From contig WRAS01000002.1 of NCBI GenBank assembly GCA_009780065.1, forward strand, positions 73,916 to 137,915: 64,000 nucleotides of DNA, given 5' to 3'. Shown piece by piece: positions 53,670-63,742 of this stretch. Position 1 is the first letter of the stretch; the number at the start of each line of letters is the position of its first letter. Both the position numbers and the translations under genes were made by a program. A model generated the notes under the pieces. It saw only the letters and a program-made list of their open reading frames with translations, was not told the DNA's origin and ran no database searches. Source of the DNA: Bacillota bacterium (GTDB lineage: Bacteria > Bacillota > Clostridia > Christensenellales > UBA1242).

Positions 53670-55136
53670 CTAGACTTCACCTAGATTTGTCGCAAGAATT
53701 GCATCACTCATAAGCTTAACCTTAATTTCTATGATTTTATTAAAATCAAACTGATAGTCATTAAATATTGATGACAGAATGATTTGATGATCGCTGAAAT
53801 CATCTTTTAAGATATTCATCATTGCGGATATGTTTTCATCGTCCACCTCACTCCCCTTCGGGGAGTCTAGGATTATTGGCAACTTAAGCTCTGTGACCAT
53901 AGCTATCTCTTTTATGTATGCCATCTTAAATGCAAAAACCAATTTGTGCAAAATTGCACCAGATAACCCAGCCAGTTCTCTTGTGAATATGTATTTTTCT
54001 TTCTTTTCTACTATTTCATTCAAGCCTAATTGCTCAGCATACTTAAGGACATCTGTGTGGATACGCATTATCGACTCATTATCTTTTCTAGTCAGCTCTT
54101 CAATTTGAGTATTGATATCCCTTTTCTCCTGCTCCAGTTTTTTCAGTATATTCTCGACAGCTCTAGCGTCTATCTCCATATTGGAAACGTCGCGATCGAA
54201 TTTCTCAACTATTTCTTTTACATCCCACAACAAGTTTGTTTCCTTACGTTTAAGCGAAAGATTTTTTATTTGGCCTTTAATTTCACTTAATTCTGCCAAC
54301 TTAATATTCTTACGCGCAAGCGTCAATTGAGTATTGTCAGGACTCCCTTTAATGGTGTTCTCTGTAACTGGTATCTCAATTCCGTCGCTGTTTACAACCA
54401 CTATTCTAGCACCTGCAATATACTTCACGAACGAGTTGTTTTGCCGTATTATTGAGTCTATCTGCCCAATCTCACGCTCTAATGCATTCCTCTTATAAAA
54501 CAGTCCGTTAAGCGCTCTTTCCAACTCCTCGTTATAAGTTAGTCCATCATCTGTCATGATTTCTCTACTAACTTGCTTTTTGTACTCTGCAATATTAAAC
54601 ATGGTTTTGTATCGATGGATTTGTTTTGATAAGGCGTCTCTTCTGTCTATCAATGAGTCGCAATTCTTTTTTGCCAAGCCTCGCATCAGCTCTTCTATGT
54701 TCAGTTTAATTTTACCTATTACCGTTCCTCGATTGAGCAACGTCCAGCCTTTCTCTTGATCAAAATAAAACGATCCAAGCAAATTCTTTGTGATGTTTTT
54801 GTCGCTAATTCCATAAATGACATTCAACAAATCCTCGTTTTCAACTGGCAGAGTAAAAATGGTCTCTTTACCATCGCTTCTCAAAGTTAATATGTTTGCA
54901 CTTCGGAACAGGTGCATTTGTCTTTGATTTACATTGACTTCAAGTCCTGTTTGGAACTTATCAATCTTTATACCTTTGGTCATTGGGATCGGATATCCAA
55001 GCGCATATAGCATAAAGCGAAGAAGCGTTGTCTTGCCTCTTGAATTTTTGTCACTAAAAATCAGATTGCTCTTTTCGTCGAATGCAATTTCTTTTTTAAA
55101 CAGCCCTTCTGTGATTGTTAGTTTTTTAAATATCAT
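53670..55136 (-). CDS. SMC/ABC-type ATPase with a coiled-coil insert (LmuB/DUF3732- or DUF2326-like)
   Basis: Walker A SDKNSRGKTTLLRF, long heptad-rich middle, Walker B/D-loop LPIILDSPKGSEVDDEN. Confidence 0.75.
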   Translation of the reverse strand: MIFKKLTITEGLFKKEIAFDEKSNLIFSDKNSRGKTTLLRFMLYALGYPIPMTKGIKIDKFQTGLEVNVNQRQMHLFRSANILTLRSDGKETIFTLPVENEDLLNVIYGISDKNITKNLLGSFYFDQEKGWTLLNRGTVIGKIKLNIEELMRGLAKKNCDSLIDRRDALSKQIHRYKTMFNIAEYKKQVSREIMTDDGLTYNEELERALNGLFYKRNALEREIGQIDSIIRQNNSFVKYIAGARIVVVNSDGIEIPVTENTIKGSPDNTQLTLARKNIKLAELSEIKGQIKNLSLKRKETNLLWDVKEIVEKFDRDVSNMEIDARAVENILKKLEQEKRDINTQIEELTRKDNESIMRIHTDVLKYAEQLGLNEIVEKKEKYIFTRELAGLSGAILHKLVFAFKMAYIKEIAMVTELKLPIILDSPKGSEVDDENISAMMNILKDDFSDHQIILSSIFNDYQFDFNKIIEIKVKLMSDAILATNLGEV

Positions 55137-56156
55137 TTATAACCCCGCATACGCCTTAAGTTTCTTTATATCAGTCCTTTTAATTAAAATTTGGTTTATT
55201 ACTATTTTCTTCACTATTTCTTTCACTGCGCCATCTTCGCCGCTAATTGAATCAAATGCGTCGTCATACTTTTCGTAGCTATTAGTAACAAAAGTTTTAA
55301 TCTGCTGGTTTGCAGCTAGTTGATGCTTACTTATATATTCGTCATAATCATTTATAACTCTGGTCACTAATTGAAAGTCGAGTGATGCAAAGTCAATAAG
55401 GCTTCTAAACTTTGACATAGCTGCCTCGATTATCCCTTCATCCTTTTCGTCTCTTAACCATTGTGGAGCATCTCCACCACAATACAAGACCACTATTGGC
55501 CATAGAAATGCCTCCTTGGTTACAGTCGCAATTCTTTTAGATGCGTTTATTCTCAACATATTTTGCCAAACACTCATCACTGTCGGCGTTAGTCCGCTAT
55601 CGCTTTTCCCAATTGCTGCAAACAACTCGTTTATGATTACTTTTATTTCTTTATACCTCTCTGCGTCTTCCTGACCTTCGAAGGGTATGACTAAGATATA
55701 AAAGTCATCATAAGCAAAATTGGTTATGTCTTGATCGTTGACCGCATTCCTGACAACCGCTTGTTCGACTGGTGTTAATTCTGAAAATGGTTTCGATGTT
55801 AATCCATTTATTGAGTTTTCCATTGGGTTTGTTATCTTAAATGGAGATTTTGAATTTGTTATGTAAGTTAGCTTGGCGGTGGCTGAATCGTTCGTTTTGG
55901 CTGCGTTCAAAGTATTAACAGCGTCTTTTAATTTTTGGATTACATTCCTTGTATCTGTGCTTGTCTCAACCGCTTTTGCTTGAGCGTAAATTTTCTTCTT
56001 ATTTGTCAATCCAATTTCGATGTCTTCATGTGCTGATTCATTCTTTACATACGATGATTCTTTCAGATTTTTGACAAACAAGAAAATAGCAGCATTAGCT
56101 TGAAAATCTCTGCCGAATTCTCCAACCGTATCTTGACTGCTCTTTTTTTGTTTCAA
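55137..56156 (-). CDS. Cap4/DUF4297-like nuclease-domain protein (LmuA-like effector)
   Basis: N-terminus GEFGRDFQANAAIFLF...ESAHEDIEIGL...KIYAQAKA fits the G.xGfxYQ...E.xEDi...QxK pattern of the Cap4 dsDNA nuclease domain. TTG start overlaps the Type ISP stop; its own stop abuts the ATPase ATG. Confidence 0.55.
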   Translation of the reverse strand: MKQKKSSQDTVGEFGRDFQANAAIFLFVKNLKESSYVKNESAHEDIEIGLTNKKKIYAQAKAVETSTDTRNVIQKLKDAVNTLNAAKTNDSATAKLTYITNSKSPFKITNPMENSINGLTSKPFSELTPVEQAVVRNAVNDQDITNFAYDDFYILVIPFEGQEDAERYKEIKVIINELFAAIGKSDSGLTPTVMSVWQNMLRINASKRIATVTKEAFLWPIVVLYCGGDAPQWLRDEKDEGIIEAAMSKFRSLIDFASLDFQLVTRVINDYDEYISKHQLAANQQIKTFVTNSYEKYDDAFDSISGEDGAVKEIVKKIVINQILIKRTDIKKLKAYAGL

Positions 56157-59100
56157 TTTGCACTCCTTTCATCAAACGATATATCAGGTAGATTTGCCAC
56201 TATTTTTTGTGTTTCTAAGCTGACAGCAATGACTGACAACAATAAATCCAAAACATAACTTGGTTTACCACTTTCTTCCGCATAAAGGTTTGGATCATTT
56301 ACGATCCCACTTGCTTTATCTGTTTTGATTTGGTAACGCTCCATTATCCACTCGATTGCCGATTTGCCATTTACAACATAGTTATATGCTTCCAGTGATA
56401 TATTCTCGATTGTGATCGCGCCGTTAAAAACGATTTTGCTCTTGTCTGTCTTTGTTGGGAAACGCATTTTTTCAACACGCAACTTGGATTTATCACCTTT
56501 GACGGTGACGTTTTTTGGTGCAGGTACATTTTCGTAATTCAAATGCAATTCTGCTAACTCACGACCTGCTTTTGAAAATGCCCAAAATTCAACATCCTTC
56601 TCAACCAATGGAATACGTGGTAACGACTTTTTCAAATCAACGGCAAATGCTTCACGATATTTTGGACTGTGCAATAATCCGTAAACGTAATAGAAAATAT
56701 CCTCCCGTGTGACTTTGTTGCCGTATCGTTTTTGTGCTTCGCCCCAAATAAAATCGCTTATACCATTGTGGCGAATATACTGTTCATCAATGTTCGTGAA
56801 CATATCAATCTGCCCGCTCTTGTTAACTTTTTCGTAGTAGTATAGTGGAAACCCCTGACCACCACCAACATAACCCCTATCTGCAATTCTATCAGTTATT
56901 AAAGATGAGAACCCAGTTGTACTTGAAAGACCATTAACGTAAATAAGCAAATTCTTCGCATCTCTATGCGGAAATGCGTTATCGTTACGATAACGCCTTT
57001 CTATCAAGTTGGCACCATGATAGAAAGGCATTTTCATAAATGGACGATATAGTCCCGTTGATAAAGAATTCTTATCATATGAAAGTCTTATACCTTTACT
57101 ATGAAAATCGAGGAAAGGGCGAGTCCAATTTATCTGTGTAGAATCAAACACCACTTCCCTATCGATAGAATTATTATAAAACCCAATGGTCTTATTTGTA
57201 TTGCTTTCAACACGCTTTTTTGAGTAGTTCCAAACAAAGGAATCCCGACCACTGACCATACCGAGCGAAGTCATAACAAAGAAACTTTGTGTTGTCTTAT
57301 CAAATTTCTTTTCACTTGCCAATGGAATTAAAGTATCGAATTCGTCATTTCTATCAACAATCCAGTCGCCATATTCGTTTGGAGTGAGTTTGTTTAGTAC
57401 TAATCCTCTATTTGAAAATGACTTTGCATTTTTAATAATTTCAAGTTTTTGTTCACGCGTAAGGTAATCACCAATATCATTATAAAATATTTCGGCCTTG
57501 CCTCTAAAACCTTTTTTCTTTACTAGCAACGTAATGGACACAGGTGTACGTGAGCCACTTCCGAATATCTTGCCACCTTCCTTGCGGCTTAATTCACCGC
57601 TTGTTCTTTGATTTCCACGCAAGTTGAAAACAAATATTTTGGAAAACTCTTGTTCAATACTTTTTCTAAATCCTTCTGATGCCATGCCGTCAATCCAGGT
57701 GCCGTTTGAAACATAACAAACAATGCCATTGTTGTCACCAAGTCTGTCAGTTGCATAACGGAATGCACGAATATAGCTGTCGTATAATGAGTTCTTGTTT
57801 ACTGCGGTTGACAACTTTGCATAAGTACTTTCTATTGCCGCGTCCAGCTTTGGGTAGTCGTTATTCTGTGCATCATCATTAGCCGACTTTTGCCCTACCG
57901 AATATGGCGGGTTTCCGAATATCACAGTTAACGGTGCGGAGTTTTGACGTTTGACTGTACGTGTGTTTTTTCCAAGCAAACGTGTTTCGGCTTTTGATTC
58001 CTCGAATGCTTGAAATGTGTCTGTTAATGCTATCCCATCAAATGGTTTGTATTCACTTGCACTAATTTCATCGTGAAAACAGTTTTCAATATTCACGCAA
58101 GCGATATAGTAAGCAAGCAACACAAGTTCGTTTGCAAATAATTCTTTTTCGTACTTTCGTGGCAGGTTGTCTTTGTCGATCAAACCACTTTGAATAAGGC
58201 GAGTTATAAAAGTTCCCGTACCCGTGAATGGATCAAGTATATTTACATTCTCGTCAGCAAGTTTACGTCCAAATTCGGCTTGCAAAACATCGTTAACGGA
58301 ATGAATAATAAAATCTACGATTTCAACTGGTGTATATACAATACCAAGCATTTGCGTAAGTTTTGGGAACGCAAATTGAAAGAAATTATTATACAGCTCA
58401 ATTATGACGGCTTGGCGTCCGTGACTGTCAAGATCTTTACAAGTTCGTTTGACATACTCATAGAACTTTTGTAATTCCTCAGTATCCTCATCAATATTTG
58501 TCGCCCTGTTTTCAAGACGTTTACCTTTGTCTTTTAATTCATCCAAAATTTTGCTCATGGCTACAGACACTGTATTCTTTTTAGCAAACTCATAATTTTC
58601 AAACAACGCAGAGAATATTGGCGCGGTAATTATATGTTGCGCCAACATTTCAACAGCACGCGTTCGATCTATACTTGCATCAATAGAAATTTGCATTTCC
58701 TTCAAGAATGAATTGAATATCTTTTTTGTATCCTCATAGTTGTCTATATAACCGTTAACGTTTTTGATTTGCTGTTCGGCAATTTCGGCTATAGACCTTG
58801 CCCATTGTTCCCAATATCGGCGACTGCCAACTTTTAACACAAGTTTTGCGTAAATAACACTTTGCAACTCGGCAAAACTCTCCATATGAATTTGCTCGTA
58901 ACGTTTTTGAATAGGATTGCCATCGCTATCAAATGAAGTGTCACTTGTGCAAATAAGAATTGAATCAGGACGTTTTGATTTATTCAGTTCGATTTTGTTA
59001 ACTGTTGCGTCAAAACGGTCATCGTGAGCGCGCAACGCATTTAACACCGACCATACGACTTGATAATTTGCATTATTCGCAAGTGCTTCTTCTGGCGCTA

Positions 59101-60961
59101 TGTCGGAAGGAACAACAATTGGCAAAATAATGTATCCATATTTCTTGCCTTCGGATTTACGCATGACTCGACCCACCGATTGCACAACGTCAACCTGTGA
59201 ATTTCGTGGCGACAAAAATACAACTGCGTCCAAAGCGGGAACATCAACGCCTTCGGAAAGACAACGAACGTTTGAAAGGATACGGCAAGCATTTTCGCTA
59301 TTCTCAGCTTTTAACCAAGTCATCAACCGTTCACGCGTTGGTGCATTCATAGTTCCATCAATATGGTCTGCTTGAATTCCAATCATCTTTCCACGTTTAT
59401 CTGCTGGAAGTGCTTGGATATATTGATTTGTTAGGGTATTAAATAAATTTGTAACAGTCTTGGACATTTCAATGTTTTGGCAGAATGCAACAGCACGCTT
59501 CATGGCTGTTGGATCCACTTGTGCGAGAACCTCGCTACCGTCTCCAATAACTTGCTTTGATAAAGTGTTAATGGTCCCTGCTATCTTCGCACCAATCCCA
59601 TCAAATTCTTTCTTGTTGACAAAGTCACTTATAGCGTGCTGAAAAGATTTTGGCATATCGTTTTCACTAACTGTGAAAATCAAAACTTTGTAATCAGTTA
59701 ATAAACCTTGTTCTACCGCTGTACCAAACCCAATGCGATGTATTTCCGCCCCATAAATGTTTTCGTCATCCATGGAACATAAAAGCGCATTATTTTCATT
59801 TGCTTTTGTTTTGGCTCTTTCATCATAGAGTCGTGGGGTTGCAGTCATGTAAAGACGTTTCGCAGCACGCAGGAACATGTTATCGTGAACACGAACAAAC
59901 GCAGACTCATCCGCTTCAGCAAGTGTCACACCAGTTGTTCTATGCGCCTCGTCACAAACTATAATGTCAATTTCTGGCAAGTCAAGTTTTTGAGCCTGAC
60001 TTATTGCCTCGATAGATTGATAGGTTGAGAATATGACAGTCATTTTACCGCTGGCTTTATTGAATTGCCTTACTATTTGTTTTGGATCAGTTGTAGCTGG
60101 CATACCCAGATCAACAACAGAAATACCATCTCTTTTTTGCGATACCTTGGGATCGGAACAAACACAAATCGGATTCAATTCGTTTTCAGCGTTGTAAACC
60201 CATTCACCAAGTATCTGCCCAACCAATGCAATAGATGGAACAAGTACAAGAACAAGTTTTTTGGCTTCACGTTCAGCAATCTTTAACGATGTGAAACTTT
60301 TACCAGTCCCACAAGCCATAATCAATTTCCCTCGATTGAATTGCTTGAAATGATCGTGCGTTTTTTTAACAACAATTTCTTGGTGTGGTTTAAGTTTATA
60401 TTTTGGTTTTTGTGCGGATGAACCATGAACACCCTTTTCAAGTTGCTCCCAATCAACGCGTGCATTTCGCAACTCGTTAATGTTTATACGTATAATAGGT
60501 GGAGTTTGATTTTGTAGAGTTGCCTCTGCATTGCTTGACCATTTGTCAGTTGTAGAAATCCAAACACGTAAAGCAAAATTCACCCTTACGCCATTTTTAT
60601 TTTCAAAACTTCGTCCAGAGGTTGACAAAAACGTATCAACCTCTTGCTTATCTATGCTCGCGTCTTCTAAATAACATTTCGATTGAATTGCCCAATATTG
60701 CCCGTCAACAGTTTCGGCAACAAGGTCAATACCTATGTCCATTTTCCCAAACTGCTCTTTTGCAAAAAATTCCTCCCAAAGCCAGACATTTTTCAATTGA
60801 CCTTTATATTTTGGATCGGTCTGCAAGTACGCTTTCATTAAACGTTCAAAACGGCTTCCCTTGTCTCTTTCAGAAAATGCATCCGCACGATATTTCGTCA
60901 ATATCCTATCAAAATTATTTTCGCCTCGACCAGTAGCACTAATCGTTTTTTTAACTTCCAT
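56153..60961 (-). CDS. Type ISP restriction-modification enzyme (Mrr-like nuclease, SF2 translocase, gamma-class N6-adenine MTase, TRD)
   Basis: N-terminus DIGIDLVAETVDGQYWAIQSKCY. Helicase motifs MACGTGKSFTSL and IVCDEAHRTTG. MTase motifs ILDPFTGTGTFI and VIFGNPPYSVGQ. The 1602 aa length matches the LlaGI/LlaBIII class. Confidence 0.9.
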   Translation of the reverse strand: MEVKKTISATGRGENNFDRILTKYRADAFSERDKGSRFERLMKAYLQTDPKYKGQLKNVWLWEEFFAKEQFGKMDIGIDLVAETVDGQYWAIQSKCYLEDASIDKQEVDTFLSTSGRSFENKNGVRVNFALRVWISTTDKWSSNAEATLQNQTPPIIRININELRNARVDWEQLEKGVHGSSAQKPKYKLKPHQEIVVKKTHDHFKQFNRGKLIMACGTGKSFTSLKIAEREAKKLVLVLVPSIALVGQILGEWVYNAENELNPICVCSDPKVSQKRDGISVVDLGMPATTDPKQIVRQFNKASGKMTVIFSTYQSIEAISQAQKLDLPEIDIIVCDEAHRTTGVTLAEADESAFVRVHDNMFLRAAKRLYMTATPRLYDERAKTKANENNALLCSMDDENIYGAEIHRIGFGTAVEQGLLTDYKVLIFTVSENDMPKSFQHAISDFVNKKEFDGIGAKIAGTINTLSKQVIGDGSEVLAQVDPTAMKRAVAFCQNIEMSKTVTNLFNTLTNQYIQALPADKRGKMIGIQADHIDGTMNAPTRERLMTWLKAENSENACRILSNVRCLSEGVDVPALDAVVFLSPRNSQVDVVQSVGRVMRKSEGKKYGYIILPIVVPSDIAPEEALANNANYQVVWSVLNALRAHDDRFDATVNKIELNKSKRPDSILICTSDTSFDSDGNPIQKRYEQIHMESFAELQSVIYAKLVLKVGSRRYWEQWARSIAEIAEQQIKNVNGYIDNYEDTKKIFNSFLKEMQISIDASIDRTRAVEMLAQHIITAPIFSALFENYEFAKKNTVSVAMSKILDELKDKGKRLENRATNIDEDTEELQKFYEYVKRTCKDLDSHGRQAVIIELYNNFFQFAFPKLTQMLGIVYTPVEIVDFIIHSVNDVLQAEFGRKLADENVNILDPFTGTGTFITRLIQSGLIDKDNLPRKYEKELFANELVLLAYYIACVNIENCFHDEISASEYKPFDGIALTDTFQAFEESKAETRLLGKNTRTVKRQNSAPLTVIFGNPPYSVGQKSANDDAQNNDYPKLDAAIESTYAKLSTAVNKNSLYDSYIRAFRYATDRLGDNNGIVCYVSNGTWIDGMASEGFRKSIEQEFSKIFVFNLRGNQRTSGELSRKEGGKIFGSGSRTPVSITLLVKKKGFRGKAEIFYNDIGDYLTREQKLEIIKNAKSFSNRGLVLNKLTPNEYGDWIVDRNDEFDTLIPLASEKKFDKTTQSFFVMTSLGMVSGRDSFVWNYSKKRVESNTNKTIGFYNNSIDREVVFDSTQINWTRPFLDFHSKGIRLSYDKNSLSTGLYRPFMKMPFYHGANLIERRYRNDNAFPHRDAKNLLIYVNGLSSTTGFSSLITDRIADRGYVGGGQGFPLYYYEKVNKSGQIDMFTNIDEQYIRHNGISDFIWGEAQKRYGNKVTREDIFYYVYGLLHSPKYREAFAVDLKKSLPRIPLVEKDVEFWAFSKAGRELAELHLNYENVPAPKNVTVKGDKSKLRVEKMRFPTKTDKSKIVFNGAITIENISLEAYNYVVNGKSAIEWIMERYQIKTDKASGIVNDPNLYAEESGKPSYVLDLLLSVIAVSLETQKIVANLPDISFDERSAN

Positions 60962-61096
60962 TACTTCTCCTTAGAATGATCAATTCTAGCACAAATACGA
61001 AGAAAGCACCAGAACTTACATAAAACTTGCAAAAACAACTTGACTTAGTTTCACATACGAGTTAAGAGACACACACCCTTTTGGAGGTATGTGATT

Positions 61097-61327
61097 ATGA
61101 ATAAAATATTGAGACTATTGGTTGATGATTTCCTGTCTCGAAAACCAAGCGCTGAGTATCTCTTGGTTCTAAAAAACTGCTGCGACGCAGAAAAAGCATT
61201 CATGGCTTTGCTTGATGAAAAGCAAAAAGCTGAATTTTTCAAAATTGATGCCTTGAATGGTGAACTTGCGGTTAGTGGATTGAATGAACTAGTTAAGTTC
61301 TTATATAAAAGTCTAATCCAAGAGTGA
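61097..61327 (+). CDS. small helical hypothetical protein
   Basis: GGAGG RBS 9 nt before the ATG at 61097. 76 aa. Confidence 0.5.
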   Translation: MNKILRLLVDDFLSRKPSAEYLLVLKNCCDAEKAFMALLDEKQKAEFFKIDALNGELAVSGLNELVKFLYKSLIQE

Positions 61328-61351
61328 GTCTCAGCAGAAATAATCTAACTA

Positions 61352-62332
61352 CTACGTAATCTTGAAATCGTATTCAATAAACACTGGCACTGACGTTTCT
61401 CTCTTTATAAAAGTGAGGTGCCGCAGCAAAAATTTTGCGTCATTGAAAAAGTGTGGTAGTGACTCTAGCCCAATGGCTACTTGCACCTCATTCGTATGCG
61501 CAATCGTATCTCTTATATCCACTAGCTTGCCAGTTCTTGTCCTTTGCTCCCATCCAATTAAATCATCGTTAGCTATTCGCACCTTGGGATTTTGCTTGTC
61601 AATGTTGTTTGCGAAAAAATCCTTTACTATTTCAAAATAGTTTTTACCATCGCAAGTACCCTGAAATAAATCTAACAAGTAGTTTTTATAATTGATCTCA
61701 CTTATCAGATCTGCGCACGCCTCTCCGATTTCGCCAAACATAATATTCTTTCTATCACTTGATTCTATTGTGATAAATTTTTTGTTCCCTAAGCCGTCAT
61801 CAAACTTACTTTTCATTGTCATAGAAATAGTTGGTGAAAATATCATTCTTAAATCATTACTCAGCTTACTTTGCTTAAACATGTCATCAATCTTGTTTTC
61901 GGCTAACCTTAGCTCTTCTTGCATCTTCGGCAATTTATTTTCAAAGTTCAAGAACTCTTGTTCCATCTTTCCGAAAAATGTTCTAAGAACCGAAATTGAA
62001 TGTTTTGCCAGAATATTAACCACAAGGACATTTTGCCAGCAATGATTCTTAATTGAGCTCTGTATAGCAGAAATTAGTGCCTGCCTGCATTTCTCCACTT
62101 CAATATACCCATAATCATTCTTGGGCATCTCTTTAACTTTTCCACTTGATTCAATATCAATTTGCGCCTTGGCATATCCACTGCACCTACTTCTATAAAG
62201 CAAATTTTCGATTTTCCATATCTCTTCATGTAGGATTGAAGCGTTTCCAACATTAGCATTACCACGAATAGCGTATTCGTTAGTACACCCCATCATCGCT
62301 AAATATATCTCAAGTTTCTGGACATCAACCAT
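61352..62332 (-). CDS. HEPN-motif protein (Abi-like)
   Basis: C-terminal VDIRDTIAHTNE contains an R-x4-H motif of the R[DN]xxAH type. Confidence 0.5.
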   Translation of the reverse strand: MVDVQKLEIYLAMMGCTNEYAIRGNANVGNASILHEEIWKIENLLYRSRCSGYAKAQIDIESSGKVKEMPKNDYGYIEVEKCRQALISAIQSSIKNHCWQNVLVVNILAKHSISVLRTFFGKMEQEFLNFENKLPKMQEELRLAENKIDDMFKQSKLSNDLRMIFSPTISMTMKSKFDDGLGNKKFITIESSDRKNIMFGEIGEACADLISEINYKNYLLDLFQGTCDGKNYFEIVKDFFANNIDKQNPKVRIANDDLIGWEQRTRTGKLVDIRDTIAHTNEVQVAIGLESLPHFFNDAKFLLRHLTFIKRETSVPVFIEYDFKIT

Positions 62333-62380
62333 GTGAAATTATATCACGATCTGCTGTGTTAGTGTAAATTCGTTTTCCTG

Positions 62381-62770
62381 CTACCCAACCATTAAGCACC
62401 AGCGCAGGCCATATTTGTCGATCAAGTCACAGGTGTGTGATGTCCATGCCGCTTTCATAAGTTCCCATTTAACTTGAAGGGCATCACCTTTCAAAATAGC
62501 ATATGCTTTCTCGAGCTTTGGGACGTCGCCCTTGTCATACATTAGGCACATCTGCATTATGTTGCCTGTGTTCACAGGACCTTCGATTGCTGATTCACCT
62601 TTGCATTCGGCTAACCAGAACGATGTGCCTCTGCTTAACCTAAGTTCGCACAGATCGTATTTGCCATTGGGCTTCATATAGGTTTTACCAATTGTTGCCT
62701 CAAACACCTTTTGATAGAATTCTACGGCTTCATCTAAACCATCCACATAAGTAAACATTTTTAGTTTCAT
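62381..62770 (-). CDS. VOC/PhnB-like (glyoxalase fold) protein
   Basis: DEAVEFYQKVFEA...DKYGLRWCL is the same family pattern as 30624-30971. Confidence 0.75.
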   Translation of the reverse strand: MKLKMFTYVDGLDEAVEFYQKVFEATIGKTYMKPNGKYDLCELRLSRGTSFWLAECKGESAIEGPVNTGNIMQMCLMYDKGDVPKLEKAYAILKGDALQVKWELMKAAWTSHTCDLIDKYGLRWCLMVG

Positions 62771-62819
62771 TTCTTATTCTCCTTTTATGTATACTTTAGC
62801 AGATTCGCATTTTTTTGTC

Positions 62820-63074
62820 TTACGTAAATTTATCACTTTCACGGCATGCATCGCAAGTCTTGTACGTATGGCCACCATTCCGTCCATCCGTTACGCTAGC
62901 CCATCCTATCCATACCAAAAATTTCATATAGCGATGAGCAGTTTTCTTATTGACTTGCAAGAACAACGCAACTTCACGCACAGTACTAAAGCCATGATCA
63001 CGTAGTGCCTTTATAACATCTTCGAGGCGATCAAGCTCACTTACACGCTGTGTCTTTGATTTGATATTATTCAT
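62820..63074 (-). CDS. winged-helix DNA-binding protein
   Basis: GGAGGA RBS before the ATG at 63074. FSTVREVALFLQVNKKTAHRYMKFL HTH segment. Confidence 0.55.
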   Translation of the reverse strand: MNNIKSKTQRVSELDRLEDVIKALRDHGFSTVREVALFLQVNKKTAHRYMKFLVWIGWASVTDGRNGGHTYKTCDACRESDKFT

Positions 63075-63259
63075 TTGTAATTTCCTCCGCCATAAAATTT
63101 GGAAATAAGACTTACCATCTTGCATTCGCTCTCGCAATAAGATTTTTCGTTGAGCTTTTTGCGTTTATTGTGCCTGCAATTCCTATACATTACCCTTTGA
63201 TAGCCCAGAAAGCATCAAAAAAGCCCTATTTTTCACTAAGACTTTTTCGGAGGTCGTTA

Positions 63260-63620
63260 TGGTGGAAGCGGTGGGAGTTGAACCCACGTCCGAATGGTTG
63301 TCTGTTTAAGTTTCTACATGCTTAGTCTCATGGATTTTACAATCTAGTGACCATCATGGACATTGGTCGTAGAAGGTGTGGAATTATTAGGGTAAACATC
63401 CAATCCACAAATGGATAATTACCGCGCGTACTTTGTTTGACCCCATCAAAGTATAAAGTACGAAAACTTTAATGGAGATGCCTTGTTACCTAATAAAATT
63501 AAGCAGCAAGAGCGTAAGGTGCTGGTTTTGCACTTAAAATTTATTGCAAAGTTTTACGCCATTCACAAAGGCGGCATGCTTGTTAAACCCTTCCCCACCC
63601 GTCGAAGCCATTTCGCCCCC
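63260..63620 (-). ncRNA. ssrA: tmRNA (transfer-messenger RNA)
   Basis: On the minus strand, the 5' end reads GGGGGCGAAATGGCTTCGACGGG and the 3' end GGACGTGGGTTCAACTCCCACCGCTTCCACCA. The tag ORF ends GCA AAA CCA GCA CCT TAC GCT CTT GCT GCT TAA (…AKPAPYALAA). Confidence 0.9.
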
Positions 63621-63648
63621 ATAGGTGCACAAAAGTGCACAACACTAT

Positions 63649-63677
63649 ATTATACACTAAATTAATGAAAAGCGCAA
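63649..63677 (-). promoter_or_regulatory. ssrA promoter
   Basis: On the minus strand: TTGCGC (63677-63672), 17 nt spacer, TGtATAAT (-10 at 63654-63649). Confidence 0.5.
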
Positions 63678-63742
63678 TCTTCAGCAGAATAAATCATCAC
63701 TCTTAAAGAGAATAAGCAGATACTAATTAGTTTGCGGGCACT

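Larger units (their letters stand above)
41579..63259. other. accessory defence-type genomic island abutting the 3' end of ssrA
   Basis: High density of nuclease/HEPN/RM/ATPase genes, one nested integrase element and one decayed transposase. It is flanked by a cell-envelope operon on one side and by the tmRNA gene on the other. Confidence 0.45.

Noticed and set aside
56515-60936. Several 60-104 aa plus-strand ORFs inside the Type ISP gene
   Set aside because: They are antisense shadows of a 1602-codon ORF that has a full set of helicase and methyltransferase motifs.
63260-63300. tRNA-like 3' end (T arm plus ACCA) that could be called a tRNA
   Set aside because: It is the tRNA-like domain of tmRNA. 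The matching 5' acceptor strand GGGGGCG lies 360 nt away at 63620, and a tag ORF ending in ALAA lies between them.
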